From Mustelus asterias (Eukaryota), in the NCBI RefSeq assembly GCF_964213995.1, contig NW_027590116.1, forward strand, positions 186,001 to 250,000: a stretch of 64,000 bases of DNA, given 5' to 3'. The notes under the pieces were generated by a model. That model worked only from the letters and a program-made list of their open reading frames with translations. It did no database searches and had not been told where the DNA came from. This document shows, one piece after another, positions 52,383 to 64,000 of this stretch (its first letter is position 1; the number at the start of each line of letters is the position of its first letter). The translations under genes were made by a program, and so were the position numbers.

Positions 52383-52616
52383 TGTAACGACCTCAACGAG
52401 GCACATGAGGTTTGTCTCTTGGTGTCTCAGCTCCCTGATTGAGTTGATGATTGCCTGCTCAATCAGGGAGCCTTGCCTGTCCATATGTTGAGGAGTGTCA
52501 GGGCTACTGACGATCTGGATTCTGACTTTGTACCTGAAACACTTTTAAGAGTGGAACTAAGATTGTAAATAAAGGGAATCTGGTGAAGGGACAACGGCCT
52601 CCTGTTAATTATTTCA
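52383..52616 (+). repeat. 3' LTR (234 bp) of the Gypsy element
   Basis: Begins TGTAA right after the PPT, contains AATAAA and ends TTTCA. Homologous to 48520-48620. Confidence 0.75.
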
Positions 52617-52959
52617 GCAATCAGACCTGACCCGTGTTCCTGAGCAATGTGAGGTTGCAATTTTGCAAAGTGATACTAGGTGATTCACATGCGCAGGTAA
52701 AACATAAATCTGTTCCAGCAGAGAATCCGCCGAGGCCCTATCCCCTTTAGACTCACGTATTTACCCCGATATCTCTGTAATACACACATCTTGGAACAGA
52801 CACTAAGGGACAATATAGAATGGCCAGTTCACCTAACCTGCTTAGATTTGGACTCTGGGGGAAAGCTGCAGGAAATCCACACTTACAAATTCCAGAAAGC
52901 CACCCAACCCCATAATCGAAACTGGGACCCGGATACTGTCAGGCCGACAATATTAGGGA

Positions 52960-54500
52960 TGAGGTCTCACCAATCACTGTATAATTAAGTCATAACATCC
53001 TTATTCGATGTTAAGTTCCTCTGATAATTAAACATATCTCTCCATTAGCCGTTTTACCCACTTTCTGAGCCTGTGTGCTAACGTCTTGCAACTTTTGCAC
53101 CGTAAGACCGAGATCCCTCTACAACTTGGGATTCTGCAGCTGTTCTTCGTCTAAGTAATATTCCCTTTTTGATTTTTCCTTCCAAAGTGAAGAACTTCAC
53201 ACTTTCCTCCCTCACTCTCCACCTCCAGATTGTGCACACTCACATAACTCTTCTAGATCTATGTTCAATCTCCTCATGCCCCCCTCACGATATGTTATCT
53301 TCCATTCCTTTGTGTTAAATGCGAAACTAGGCCTCCTATCTTTACTGTCCTCAATTCAATCGTCCATATAAGTTGGAAAAATGTAACGGGCCAGCACAGA
53401 CCTCTGACAGAATGCTAGAATCAATTATATGATTGAAAAACTGAATATTTCCATTAAAGTATAAGGACGAAGAAGAGACTTATGAAAATACGTAACAGAG
53501 GCAGCATCATTTTGTGATGCGGAAAATAGGATTGAGAAATGTCTTGATGCTCACAGAGGCTGTAAGAATCACTGTGTACTAAAGGAGAATCACTCAATTA
53601 TTGCACTTAGTTCATAAATACATGCCATTTAAAAACATGCAAGATAAACGTTTGCTCACAAGACTGGTGGTAATACATTAGCAGCGAGAGAGGATAAAAC
53701 ATCTACCAGGAAGCGGGAAATCTGGATAACTGCTCTCCAATTAGGACGATAAAACTATTGTTTTGCTGCTGTGATCAAATAAAGGTTCCTTAAATATTCA
53801 GAAGGTCGATATATGACCTATGTTTTAGATTATGAGGCCATGTGCATTGCACACAGTTGTGCTCACACTCACAAAGTGACTAAGGGAAATGTGAGGAGGG
53901 CAGATGGGAAATTAAGAGTGTCAGGGAATGTGCGGGAAATGTCATATTGAGTACAAACTGGGACAATTGTAAGTCATACACTTTGTCAGAAGAACAGAAA
54001 CACGGGCTGTTGTTTAAATGCAGAGGGACTACAGAAGATTGCAGTGGAGAAGAGTTTGTTTTTTTCATACATGGATCAGGAAATGTCATCTTACATATAC
54101 AGCAAAAATTGAATGTTGACCTTTACTCAAATAGGACTGCAGCTCACATCGAGGGAACTCCTGCTACAACAGGCCAGTGCATTGGTGAGGCCGCATCCAG
54201 AGTTGTTGCGGACAATTTCTCATATTTATCTAGTAATAAACTTGCATTGCAAGCAGTTCATAGAATTTACTAGGCTGTTTCCAGGAATGACGGAGTTGTT
54301 GTCTGAGAATAAACTGAATAATTTGCGCCCATACCAATGGGAGTTGAGAGAAAAGAGAACGAATCTTACAGACACATGTCATATTTTGACCTTTTCAATA
54401 TCATACGATATTCTCATTCATGGGACCACCAAGAATTACGGGAAACCGTTCCAAAATAACATGAGAAAACTTCAGATTCTGTGTGGATAAAAGTATAGAG
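52960..54500. mobile_element. Decayed CR1 fragments (minus strand ~52960-53410, plus strand ~53560-54500)
   Basis: Degenerate RT C-terminal matches such as ALVRPHPE. Confidence 0.5.
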
Positions 54501-54971
54501 TCCGATTGTCAATTTACCAATGATGACGAATAACAAATGTTAATAGAGGAAAGAACAGGAAGGGGGATAAACACACTCTGATGTGGTGCAGGCTGACCAG
54601 TGTGTGCTGAATTGGATATGGTGGCTGCGAGAATTCACCCCAAACAACGACAGATGTGCTTCATGTTGCTCATTGGAAAATGACCATCTTTGAGTGAATG
54701 CAGCTTCAAGTTAGCACTCATGAGAAATGACGTGGAACTTTCTTTCCAACTTAAAAACAGAGCTAAAAATAGGTCAGAACAACAGGGATTTAACACAGGT
54801 GGCGTCATCTGTTTGTTCAGTATTTCAAAGAACACTAAATAATGAAGTAATTTCTATACCCCGTGGACATTCCGCAGAGTATAAGTTAAGGACTTTCTGA
54901 AAACAACTCAAAGTTTATCTGAGGCAGATTTCCACCAGTATACAGAGAGATAGACTTCTACACGGAATACA

Positions 54972-55038
54972 ATGCATCGTCCAATGCAATGGGTCAAGAA
55001 AGTATTCTATATGGTCATTGCTGTCGTTGGTGTTCCTG
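54972..55038 (+). pseudogene. GPR139-like GPCR gene 3, coding exon 1
   Basis: MHRPMQWVKKVFYMVIAVVGVP followed by phase-1 donor G|GTAAAT, at the same TM1 position as genes 1 and 2. Confidence 0.82.
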
Positions 55039-55184
55039 GTAAATCACAAATGCTTTAAAATTATGTGAATCTATGTGTGAGTCTGTGCCTCCTTTTAATC
55101 TGTTCAATGTGCCATATGCTGTTTAATGTGTTATACGCTGATCTGATGCTGACCATTGTGCAGATATCCGTGCTACCAAATGTG

Positions 55185-55241
55185 GTATTTGCGACCAAAT
55201 AAGCCTGTTGGACTTTAACCTGGTGTTGTGAGACTTCTTAC
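55185..55241 (+). mobile_element. Fragment of the same Penelope-type terminal repeat, without the ribozyme core
   Basis: CCAAATAAGCCTGTTGGACTTTAACCTGGTGTTGTGAGACTTCTTAC matches the arms of 28813-29007. Confidence 0.75.
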
Positions 55242-56629
55242 CGGAAAGTTATAATACAGGTATCTGTGATTGTAGATTAGATTGGCACTAACTCGAGGGG
55301 ACACTGACCATGCAAAATTTGGGCTCTGAGTCACGGCGAAATTGTGCTGATTGTGACTATCAGAGCATGTGAGAATGGAACAGGAGTATTGCATTAGTAC
55401 CTTCCCCACTATTCAATAAGATCACAAATGTCATGACTTTTTCTCAATTCGAATTTCCTCCCGTCTGGCACTAACACTTTAGTCGTTTATTAATCAAATA
55501 AATCTAATAAAATCAGCATTGAATATATTGAATGTCACAACAGCTACGGCTTTCTGAGGAACAGAGTCGACAGACAAATCACTTTCTGTGATTGATAGAA
55601 ATAATCTCTAAACATCCCAAAACCAAGAGAGACCTCTTCCATTTGTATCCTCCCTTCCAAGAGGAGTCACCCACTTGGTACCCATCATTTCAAGAGCCCA
55701 CAAGATCTCAAAAACATTAAAGTAAAATACCGCTGATGCTGAAAAACAGGCACTGAAACAACAAATGTGGAAACATCTCAACCAATCTGGCAGCGATGGC
55801 ACATTATCCCATTGTTTGTGGGAGTGTAATGAGATGAGTTTGCTCAGCACAACAGGTCACCTACCAGGGAGAAGAGAAAAGCAGATTCAAGAATGTGGTT
55901 TTCCACGAATTGTGGAGAGTGAGGAATGGAGGCGGGAACAAGAGCCATGCAAGGATCTATCAGGGAGAATATAGATTCGGACCCTGGTTCAGGGCCACTC
56001 ACTTACCAGGAAAGAACAGGAAGAGGGATCCAGGGAAGTTTTGGGGAGTTTGAAATTAAAACAATTCCTGTCATCGCAGGAAAGTTCGAAGTTAAATGGT
56101 TGGTGATGGAGTTTACTTCGAGATGGGCAAGAACAGATGATGAGACTTTCGTGTTATTTAAAGTTTTATTAATCCTACTGAAACTAATTAAAATAGGGAA
56201 GTCAATTCTTCATATTTCTAACATTATTAATGCAAGAAGTCAGGCTATTTATTTGGCAATATGTTTCAATGTTGATGAGGTTGATTAATATTTTTGGAAT
56301 GTATCAATATTTGTAAGTGTTGTGGTTTATTAATGATGGTATGGCTTGTTGAATCAGTTGCTTTTATTAAAGTAGAAAGGAATAATGGCATTGAAAATTG
56401 TATATTGCGCAATTATGTTTACTATCAGCAGTGTTCAAGTGATCAACTGCAATGAACAGTGAACAGCAGAAGCAGCACCTCTGGAATGGGCCATCATCAT
56501 CTCAGGGATAATTCGGCCACAGTCAACGTTTATTCCCAGCAAAGGGAGAGGCAGAGAGAACAATTACAGTGCTCACTGTATACTGGAAAAGAAAGCGATT
56601 AAGTTCAATAAGAAAAAGTAAGAAAATAT

Positions 56630-56835
56630 CGAGGATGGGGTGTGGAATGGATTGCCTGCAGTGATAGTGGAGTCAGACACTTTAGGAACATTTAAGCGGT
56701 TATTGGATAGGCACATGGAGCACACCAGGATGATAGGGAGTGGGGTAGCTTGATCTTGGTTTCAGATAAAGCTCGGCACAACATCGTGGGCCGAAGGGCC
56801 TGTTCTGTGCTGTACTGTTCTATGTTCTATGTTAA
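56630..56835 (+). mobile_element. CR1 extreme 3' fragment in gene 3 intron
   Basis: GTGGAATG...TTGGATAGGCACATGGA, GGGCCGAAGGGCC stem, (TTCTATG)n tail. Confidence 0.85.
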
Positions 56836-57355
56836 CATGCCGAAGGACCAGATTCACTGTCGAAAGAGAAGAGAACTTACAAACAACTCAAATAAGAGAA
56901 GCAAAGAGAAAGCAGGATAAAATAATGGCTTCTTGTTGTAAGAGAATATCACAGTTTTACTTGGAATAACAGATAGTAAGAGGACGATTGGGACGAATGG
57001 TGGGGGGGTGGGGGGGGATGATTTATGATTAGCGATATAGGTCATAGTTACCATCACATGAAGAGTTAACATTCACTTTTAATAGGGGAGACTGCAAGTC
57101 TCAAGTACCCAATACCTACCAAGCAATCCACCTATGGGACTCATGCATCCTCAGATTGAATTCTTATCTGTAACTCTTCCCCTCCTCCATCATCCACCTC
57201 ACTGTCAGTTCAAGAAGGCCGATCACCTTCTCAAAGGCAACATGGGCTTTCACAAAAAGTGTTGGTCTTCTCAGAGGCGTGCCTCCGCCATGAAATAATA
57301 TGTTAATAAGAGTTGCTGTGTCATTTCCATGTTCTGTTCCCTTCTCTGTCTACAG

Positions 57356-58242
57356 TTAATTTAATGGCGATTCTGGTCCTGCTCCGGGGGAATTGTGGCC
57401 TCTCCAGCTGTACCACTCGCTACCTGGTGGCCATGGCAGCCGGGGATCTGATGGTTATTATCATTGACATCATACTGCGGCGGTTCCCTTTCTATTATTA
57501 CCCACGGTGTTTCCTGGACTTGACCCCCGTGTGCAGCGTTGTCAGTGCCCTTTGCCGTGCAGCAATAGACTGTTCTGTCTGGTTCACCGTCATGTTCACC
57601 TTTGATCGATTTATCGCCATTTGTTCCCAGAAGCTGAAAGCTAAATATTGCACCGAAAAAACTGCGGCTGTGGTTCTTGCAACAACAACCATTCTACTCT
57701 GTCTAAAAAATGTGCCTCGTTACTTTAGATATGAACCCAGGAAAATAATCAACAATGTATCGTGGTACTGTAAAAATAAGAGAATCTATTACACTGATCC
57801 GAGGTGACAGGGGTTCGCTAACTTTTCAACAGCATTAACTCCAATGATCCCATTCGCAGAAATTCTGATCCTTAACGCTCTGATTTTCCGACGCATTTTA
57901 ATGGCCAGCCGAGCTCGCAAGTCACTGAAGGGTCAGAGCAAGGGAGACAAACACAGTGACCCAGAGATGGAGAGTAGAAAGAAGTCTATTATTTTACTCT
58001 TTGCCATATCCAGCAACTTCATAATTCTGTGGTTATTCTATGTTTTATATATGCTTCGTGTGCCAGAACTCTTTTTAGATGGCAGTGGTTATGATATCTT
58101 TGGGGACTTCGCCTATATGCTGCAGAGTTTAAGCTGCTGCACAAACACCTTTATTTACGTGGCCGCTCAGCCCAAATTCAGAACAGAGTTAAAGAAAATA
58201 CTGAAATATCCGTTTGTATCGATTGCTCAGTACATTGACTGA
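57356..58242 (+). pseudogene. GPR139-like GPCR gene 3, exon 2 with one in-frame TGA
   Basis: CTACAG acceptor. ORFs 57313-57807 and 57844-58242 are in the same frame, separated only by TGA 57805-57807 (YYTDPR*QGF; paralogues have Trp near this position). Motifs FDRFIAIC, DPEMESRKKS and LSCCTNTFIY are present. About 317 aa. Confidence 0.9.
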
Positions 58243-59014
58243 AACAACAGTTTAAAAAAATCCATAGGGACAGGAACATGTTGGTCCTGTGAGCAGAGAT
58301 ATGACAGATATCCAGCACAAGAAGAGCAAGATGTGACATGGGGGGAGGAGGTGAAGGGAAGTGTCTGCAGGAATTAACTGCATTGGAGGGATGTGCGCGG
58401 CGCAGGGAGAGAGAGAGAGAGCAGAAGAACCAGAGCTTGACTTCTACAAGGAGGTCAGACAGGGCGAGGGGAAGGCTGCGAAGGACAAGAGGTGAACTTG
58501 ACCTAAACCAGCTTAAAGAGATCAGATACAAAGTATCGCCTGAACATATTGATTGAAACAGTTCCTAAACTTGACAACAGCGGAAAGGGAGGTTGTTAAT
58601 TTCACATTTCGCGGTACCGATTGGACCGAGGAGGGTTTTTAGCTGTCAGCATGCTGCCGCTTCTGGGATCTTGCTGTGTGAAGAGGACAAGTGTGTGGCT
58701 TTCTCCATGACAACAATGTTGCAGAAACAGGTGGAGGGAGAGCGGGAAAGACAGAAAAAAAGAATCAGGGAGAGAGATAGAAGCGGCTGGATGTAGTGTG
58801 TTAGAGGCAGAGGGAGAGATACAAGCTGCTATTGAGGTGCGGGGGTTCTAAATGGGGGACAGGGTCTCCATTTAATTCTGAGGGTCCCTGGATGTGGATT
58901 TCACTGTCCCAGCCTCAGTCTGCCTCACTCTGTACCTCTGTATACTAATTGACCACATTTAAAACGCACTCCACACTTTTGACTGCATCTTTTGTGTCTT
59001 GCTCAGCAAGATTT

Positions 59015-59356
59015 GGGCGGCACGGTAGCACAGTGGTTAGCACTGCTGCTTCACAGCTCCAGGGTCCTGGGTTCGATTCCCGGCTCGGGTCACTGTCTGT
59101 GTGGAGTTTGCACATTCTCCTCGTGTCTGCGTGGGTTTCCTCCGGTGTTCTCCCACAGTCCAAAGATGTGCGGGTTAGGTTGATTGGCCAGGTTAAAAAA
59201 ATTGCCCCTTAGAGTCCTGGGATCCGTAGGTTGGAGGGATTAGCAGGTAAAATATGTGGGGGTAGGGCCTGGGTGGGATTGTGGTCGGTGCAGACTCGAT
59301 GGGCCGAATGGCCTCCTTCTGCACTGTAGGATTTCTATGATTCTATTTCTATTCTA
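59015..59356 (+). mobile_element. Full-length young HE1/V-SINE-like SINE
   Basis: A box TAGCACAGTGG, B box GTTCGATTC, core, and CR1-like tail (TTTCTAT)n. Confidence 0.9.
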
Positions 59357-59458
59357 AGATCAGGGGCTTCGTTTTTAAAAAAAAACCATCATGCTTTTCA
59401 TGAGGGACGCTTCCCCTTTCAGGGACAGAAGTGATATACCCAGACTTGAGAAAGTGCC

Positions 59459-59596
59459 NNNNNNNNNNNNNNNNNNNNNNNNNNNNNNNNNNNNNNNNNN
59501 NNNNNNNNNNNNNNNNNNNNNNNNNNNNNNNNNNNNNNNNNNNNNNNNNNNNNNNNNNNNNNNNNNNNNNNNNNNNNNNNNNNNNNNNNNNNNNNN
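59459..59596. other. Assembly gap (138 N)
   Basis: N run. Confidence 1.
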
Positions 59597-60190
59597 TGTG
59601 TTTGTCTGGCCGTGTGTCTTGGTGTGTTTTTATGTATGTGTGTGTGTCTGCGTGTGAGAGTGTTTGTGTGTCTGTGTGTGTGCACCTGTCTATGTTTGTG
59701 CGTGCTGCACGTTGCTGTGTGTTTGCCCCAGTGTCAGTGCATGCATCTGTGTGCGTTTGTGCTTGTGTGTGTGCGTGTGTGCCCGCCTGCGTGTATGTCC
59801 CAGTATCTGTGTGTGTTCCTCAGTGTTGTGTGTCCATGTGTGTTTGTGTGCCTCAGTGCGTGTGTCTCAGTGTTTGTGTTTGTCTGTGTGCGTGTGTCTG
59901 TGTGTGTCTGTTTCTATGACTGTATCTCTGTGCGTGTGCCTGTGTGTGTGTGTTTTTCTCGGTGTGTGTTTGTGTCTGTGTTCATTTGATTGTGTGTGCA
60001 TGCGTGTGTGTCTCTGTCTCAGTTTGTGTTTCTGTGTGTGCAGCTATTTTTTTCCCGTGTGTGTTTGTGTCTATGTGTCTTCTTGTGTGTGCCAATATAT
60101 GTGTGTGCATGTGTGTGAGCGTGAGTGTATGTGTGTTTGTTTGTCTCAGTGCGTTTGTCTGTGCATGCGTGTGTGCATGTGGGTGTGACG
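59597..60190. repeat. TG-rich degenerate microsatellite
   Basis: Low complexity; the source of the spurious Cys/Val-rich ORFs. Confidence 0.9.
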
Positions 60191-62384
60191 GGAGACAGAG
60201 CGAGGGAAGACAGTGAGGGGCGACTTTGAGGCGTCGCACAGTGCTGGAATAATGCGAAGGAGAAAGAGTGAGGGGGAGAGAGTGGGATGGACAGAACAAG
60301 GTGGAAAAGCGCAAGGGGGAATGGAGCGATGTTCAGGACCATAACGGGAAAAGAGCTGGTGAGAATGTGCTGGAAGAGAGATTGAGGGGGAGAAGAAGTG
60401 ACTGGGAGACGGGTTTTCGGGCGTGAAGCAATCGTGTGATGGGAGAGAGTAAGAGGGGGAAGGAATAAAGGAGTTGAGGGAGTGAGATGATGGGTAAGAG
60501 TGGGGCAGATGGGGTGAGAGAGAGAGATTGATGAGGTGACAGGAGAGTCAATAGAAAGCAATTGGGTAGAATATACTGCCCAGTTTGAATTTCGTATCAA
60601 ATCATGAATTCAAACTTTCTAACTGAAAGAATTCACATCCGCGGATTCCAGTTAAAAGTCGAAGTGACCCTCCCATTGTGATGTTGCAGAAGATGTTGTA
60701 TTGAGTAAATGGAAACTTTATATCTCACAAGAAGAAAATAAAATGTCATGCTGATTTCAACAGAAAGCAAATCCAAATTGAGTTAAGAAGAACAAAACTG
60801 TACACAATGCTCCAGGTCTGGCCTGGCCAAGGCTCTCTGCAATGGCAGCAAGACATCTTTACTGCTTTACACAAATCCCCTTGCGATGAAGGCCGATGAA
60901 CCATTATCCTTGCTAACTGATTGTGGTCCCATCATGCTCGCTTTTGTGTGGCTTCAACACCATTTAAACAAGTTCATTCAGTGGGCAAATACATAGGGAA
61001 TGCAGTGTAACGTAGATAAAAATAATATAATGCAATTAAATGTGAATTTATCCATTTTGGATTGAGAAACAGAACGGTCCAGTATTCATTAATTGGTGAC
61101 AGAATAAATTTGAGAAAATTCAGAAATCAAATTCCCGACAAAGTGTTGGATTGGACAATTTCAATTATAAACCCAGAATTAAAGTTCAAACATACAAATT
61201 GACATTCTGAAACAGGATGGTGCCTCACAACTTCAATGTTGTGATTCTCTGGCATCTGAGGATCTCCATTTAGTCACTATCTTTGCCTCTCTTCATGCGT
61301 ATGGAGACTTGGAAACTCGAGACATTGGGAAAAGATTTCATTCCTGTTTTTCAAAGTGACACAATCGAATTTATAGCTTCCACAATAACCAAGCCCTGAA
61401 TCTCCCATCCAAATAATCTTAAATCTGTCTAAAGATAGCGCCCAATTCCACGATGCAGCAGTTTAAGTTTTGACACATTGACCAAACCAATTGTGGATAC
61501 TTTTTCAGGATGCAAAAAACAGTTTCAACTGGGAGAATCCGAGGGGGGAAATGCAATTCTAAGATGCAAAAATGAAATGAAATCCTAGGCCTCTCTGTTG
61601 CTGCACCGATATTCACATCGTCCCGTTTAATTTAAATTGTCCTTCCACTGTGAAAATTAAACCTATCAGCCTCAGTTAGAGCATTAATAAGTGAAAGAGC
61701 ATCAATTGCCATTTTCAGAAGCTTTTTCCAAAACAAACCACATGTGGTGTTGCAAAATGTTCCTGAATTTCACCCATAAAAGCCGAAAATAATAAACATT
61801 GTCGAAGACCAAATGTCCCCAGGATTCGGACTCACCATCCAGCAGAAACAGAGTTGCTCTTTATCGGCCCTTTCCATTTTCTTTCGAAAATATCTTTCCC
61901 TGTCTGGAAATATCTGATTTAGGATCAGGAGCAGGCCACTCAGCCCATGAACCAGTGACAGTGAGGGGAAGAGAGGTTCAAGGGGAGAAAGGGAGAGGGG
62001 GGAGTGAGTGAGGCGAGGATGGGGGGGGTGGGTGGACAGTGAGTAGGCAGGGTGAGCGAGGGGGAAGAGAGCGATACAAACAAATCCAACTGTCTCACTC
62101 ATTCCCAATAGTTCTGTATCAATCCCAAAACTAATCCCACTTCCGCACTCTCTCCCCAAGACGAATTTGACATCCCGTTCTCAACCAGCCACTTGGAGGG
62201 GGTTTCAGAGAGGGAGAGAGACAGGAAAGAAATGGAGGGAAACGAAGAGAGAGAAGAAGGATAGCAATGGATTGAGAGTTGCAGAGAGAGTGAGAGAGAG
62301 AAAGGAAGCAATTTCGATGGAGACTGTTGGATACTGTTGCTGCGAATCTGAGGACAGTTGCCTTGAAGGTATCACGCAGAGCAC

Positions 62385-62945
62385 TACAAACGGAATCAGA
62401 GAGATACGCAGTCCGGAAATAGGCCCTTCGGCCCAACTCGTTCATGCCGACCAAGTTTGCTCGATGGAAGATCTCCCATTTTCCTGCGTTTAGCCGATAT
62501 CCCTCTAACCTTTTCCCATCCATGCACCCGTCCAATGCCTTTTAAATATCGTGATTGTTCCTGCCTATACCAGCTCTTCTTTCAGCTCATTCGATGTACA
62601 CACCTTCCTCTGAATGAAAAGGTTGCCCCTCAAGTCCCTTTTAATTCTTTCCTCTCAACTTAAAGCTATGCTGTCTGGTTTTGGTCTGCCCCATCCTTGG
62701 GGAAGATACCTTGGCTATTCACCTCATCCATGCCTCTCATGGCTTTATAAACCTCGATAATTTCACACTTCATCCTCCTAAACTCCAGCCTATCTCACCT
62801 CTCCTTTTCATTCAAACTTTCCAATCCCAGTGACATCCTTGTAAATATTCTCTACAGCTTCAAGTTTAATACCACCTTTCCTGTCGCAGGGAGACCAGAA
62901 TTTACGCAGTACTCTAAATGTGGCCTTATCAAAGTCGTGTAGATA
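62385..62945 (-). mobile_element. Old CR1 3' fragment
   Basis: AGGCCCTTCGGCCCAAC (reverse of the 3' stem) followed by antisense RT C-terminus. Confidence 0.75.
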
Positions 62946-63519
62946 TGTAACATCGCATAATAGGAGAAGTACGAGGCCATTCTGCCCCTCAATTCTGCTG
63001 CTCCAGTCGCTATAACCGTGGCTGATCTGAAATGCTTCTCTCCCCATAACCCTGTAAATATTTTCCCTTCAGATTCCCATTCAAATTTCTCTTGAAGTCC
63101 CTGACTGAATCTTCTTCCACCACCTTCGGGAAGTACATTCTATACCGTAGCCACTCACTATATTGAAAATAATTCCTCCTGCTCCCTCTGTCGCCATTTA
63201 TCTTAAATCAGCATCCTTTCTTTTTCAGCTCTTCCGCCAATGTGCCCATTATCTCAAAAGCAATTGTCTCAGTCCCAGCACGTCGCTGCAGGAGTTCCTC
63301 ATGGTTAGTGTTCTCGGCCTAACCATCTTCAGCTGCTCCGTCAATGACCTTCCCTTCATCATAAGGACAGAGGCCGATTGTTCACTGATGATTGCACAAC
63401 ATTCAGCACCATTCATGGCTCCTCAAATACTGGAATAGAAAATGTGAAAATACGAAGCAGATCAGGCAGCATCTGTGGCGAGAGAAACAGATAATTAGCA
63501 GACACACCTGCTACAGAGG

Positions 63520-63900
63520 GACTGCTGAGAAGGTTCACCAGTCTAATTCCTGGGATGGCAAAATTGAAGTATGAGGACAGATTTGGTCGACTGGCCCTGT
63601 AGTCAGTGGATTTTTGAAGAATGAGAGGGGATCTCATTGAAAGGTATAAAATTCTGATCAGGCTGGACAGGCTGGGTGCGGGGATGCTCTTTCCTCTGGC
63701 TTTCGAACCTAGAACAATGGGGTCATTATCTCAGGATACGGGGAAGACCATTTCCATCTGAGACCAGGAGAAATATCTTCACCCAGAGGATGGTGAAACT
63801 GGAATCCTGTACCACTGAAAGCTGTGGAGGCCAAGTCACTAAATATATTTGATGGGCACTAGATTGTCTCAGTGATAACAATGTAGGCCTTGTATGAGAA
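63520..63900 (+). mobile_element. Old CR1 3' fragment
   Basis: AGAAGGTTCACCAG...AGAATGAGAGGGGATCTCATTGAA, i.e. RRFTRLIPGM...RMRGDLIE. Confidence 0.75.
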
Positions 63901-64000
63901 AACACTGTTCGAAACAATCTAAGTTTTTACAAGCTCATGCTGGTATGAGTCAACACAGCACTAGAGCTCTCTCAGTTATTACAATCTGGGCATTGTATAC

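Larger units (their letters stand above)
48520..52616 (+). mobile_element. Internally deleted Gypsy-type LTR retrotransposon with a nested CR1
   Basis: 5' LTR remnant 48520-48620; RNase H (KEGLAVIFG) and integrase (MKMLARSY, PEVLISDNGT, ERAVQT) relics; polypurine tract GGGAGGGG, then 3' LTR TG...CA. Confidence 0.8.

Noticed and set aside
57805-57807. Selenocysteine recoding of the gene 3 TGA
   Set aside because: The position corresponds to Trp rather than Cys, and no SECIS was recognised downstream.
59015-59090. tRNA genes at SINE heads (also 4050-4126, 40650-40726)
   Set aside because: A/B boxes continue into the SINE core and LINE-type tail, so these are tRNA-derived SINEs rather than tRNAs.
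59391-60600. Cys/Val-rich and His/Thr-rich ORFs (also 6940-7913)
   Set aside because: Translations of TG/CA microsatellites and N gaps.

Overview
This is eukaryotic genomic DNA, almost certainly from a cartilaginous fish (shark). The basis is HE1/V-SINE-type SINEs, several CR1 subfamilies and Penelope-type terminal repeats. The only host genes are three tandem, same-strand, two-exon class A GPCR paralogues of the GPR139/GPR142-like type, each with a phase-1 intron in TM1. All three are disrupted as assembled. Gene 1 (2452-13234) carries a near-complete antisense CR1 LINE in exon 2 plus a TAA stop. Gene 2 (35764-37608) has two single-base frameshifts. Gene 3 (54972-58242) has a single in-frame TGA at a probable Trp codon. 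The rest is mostly mobile DNA: young and old CR1 LINEs, two decayed Gypsy LTR elements each hit by a CR1, nested SINEs, L2/L1/Penelope remnants, 27-bp and ~68-bp tandem repeats, and two assembly gaps. The most notable non-coding signal is a minimal type I hammerhead ribozyme motif with an intact core (28918-28960) inside a ~195-bp Penelope-type palindrome. Other points of interest are a CR1 ORF1 whose esterase catalytic residues are replaced, a possible -1 frameshift junction between CR1 ORF1 and ORF2, and near-identical CR1 pairs placed to rearrange the receptor cluster. No prokaryotic system (CRISPR, operon) is present. Repeat family names come from recognition by eye, not a database search, and the boundaries of decayed elements are approximate.
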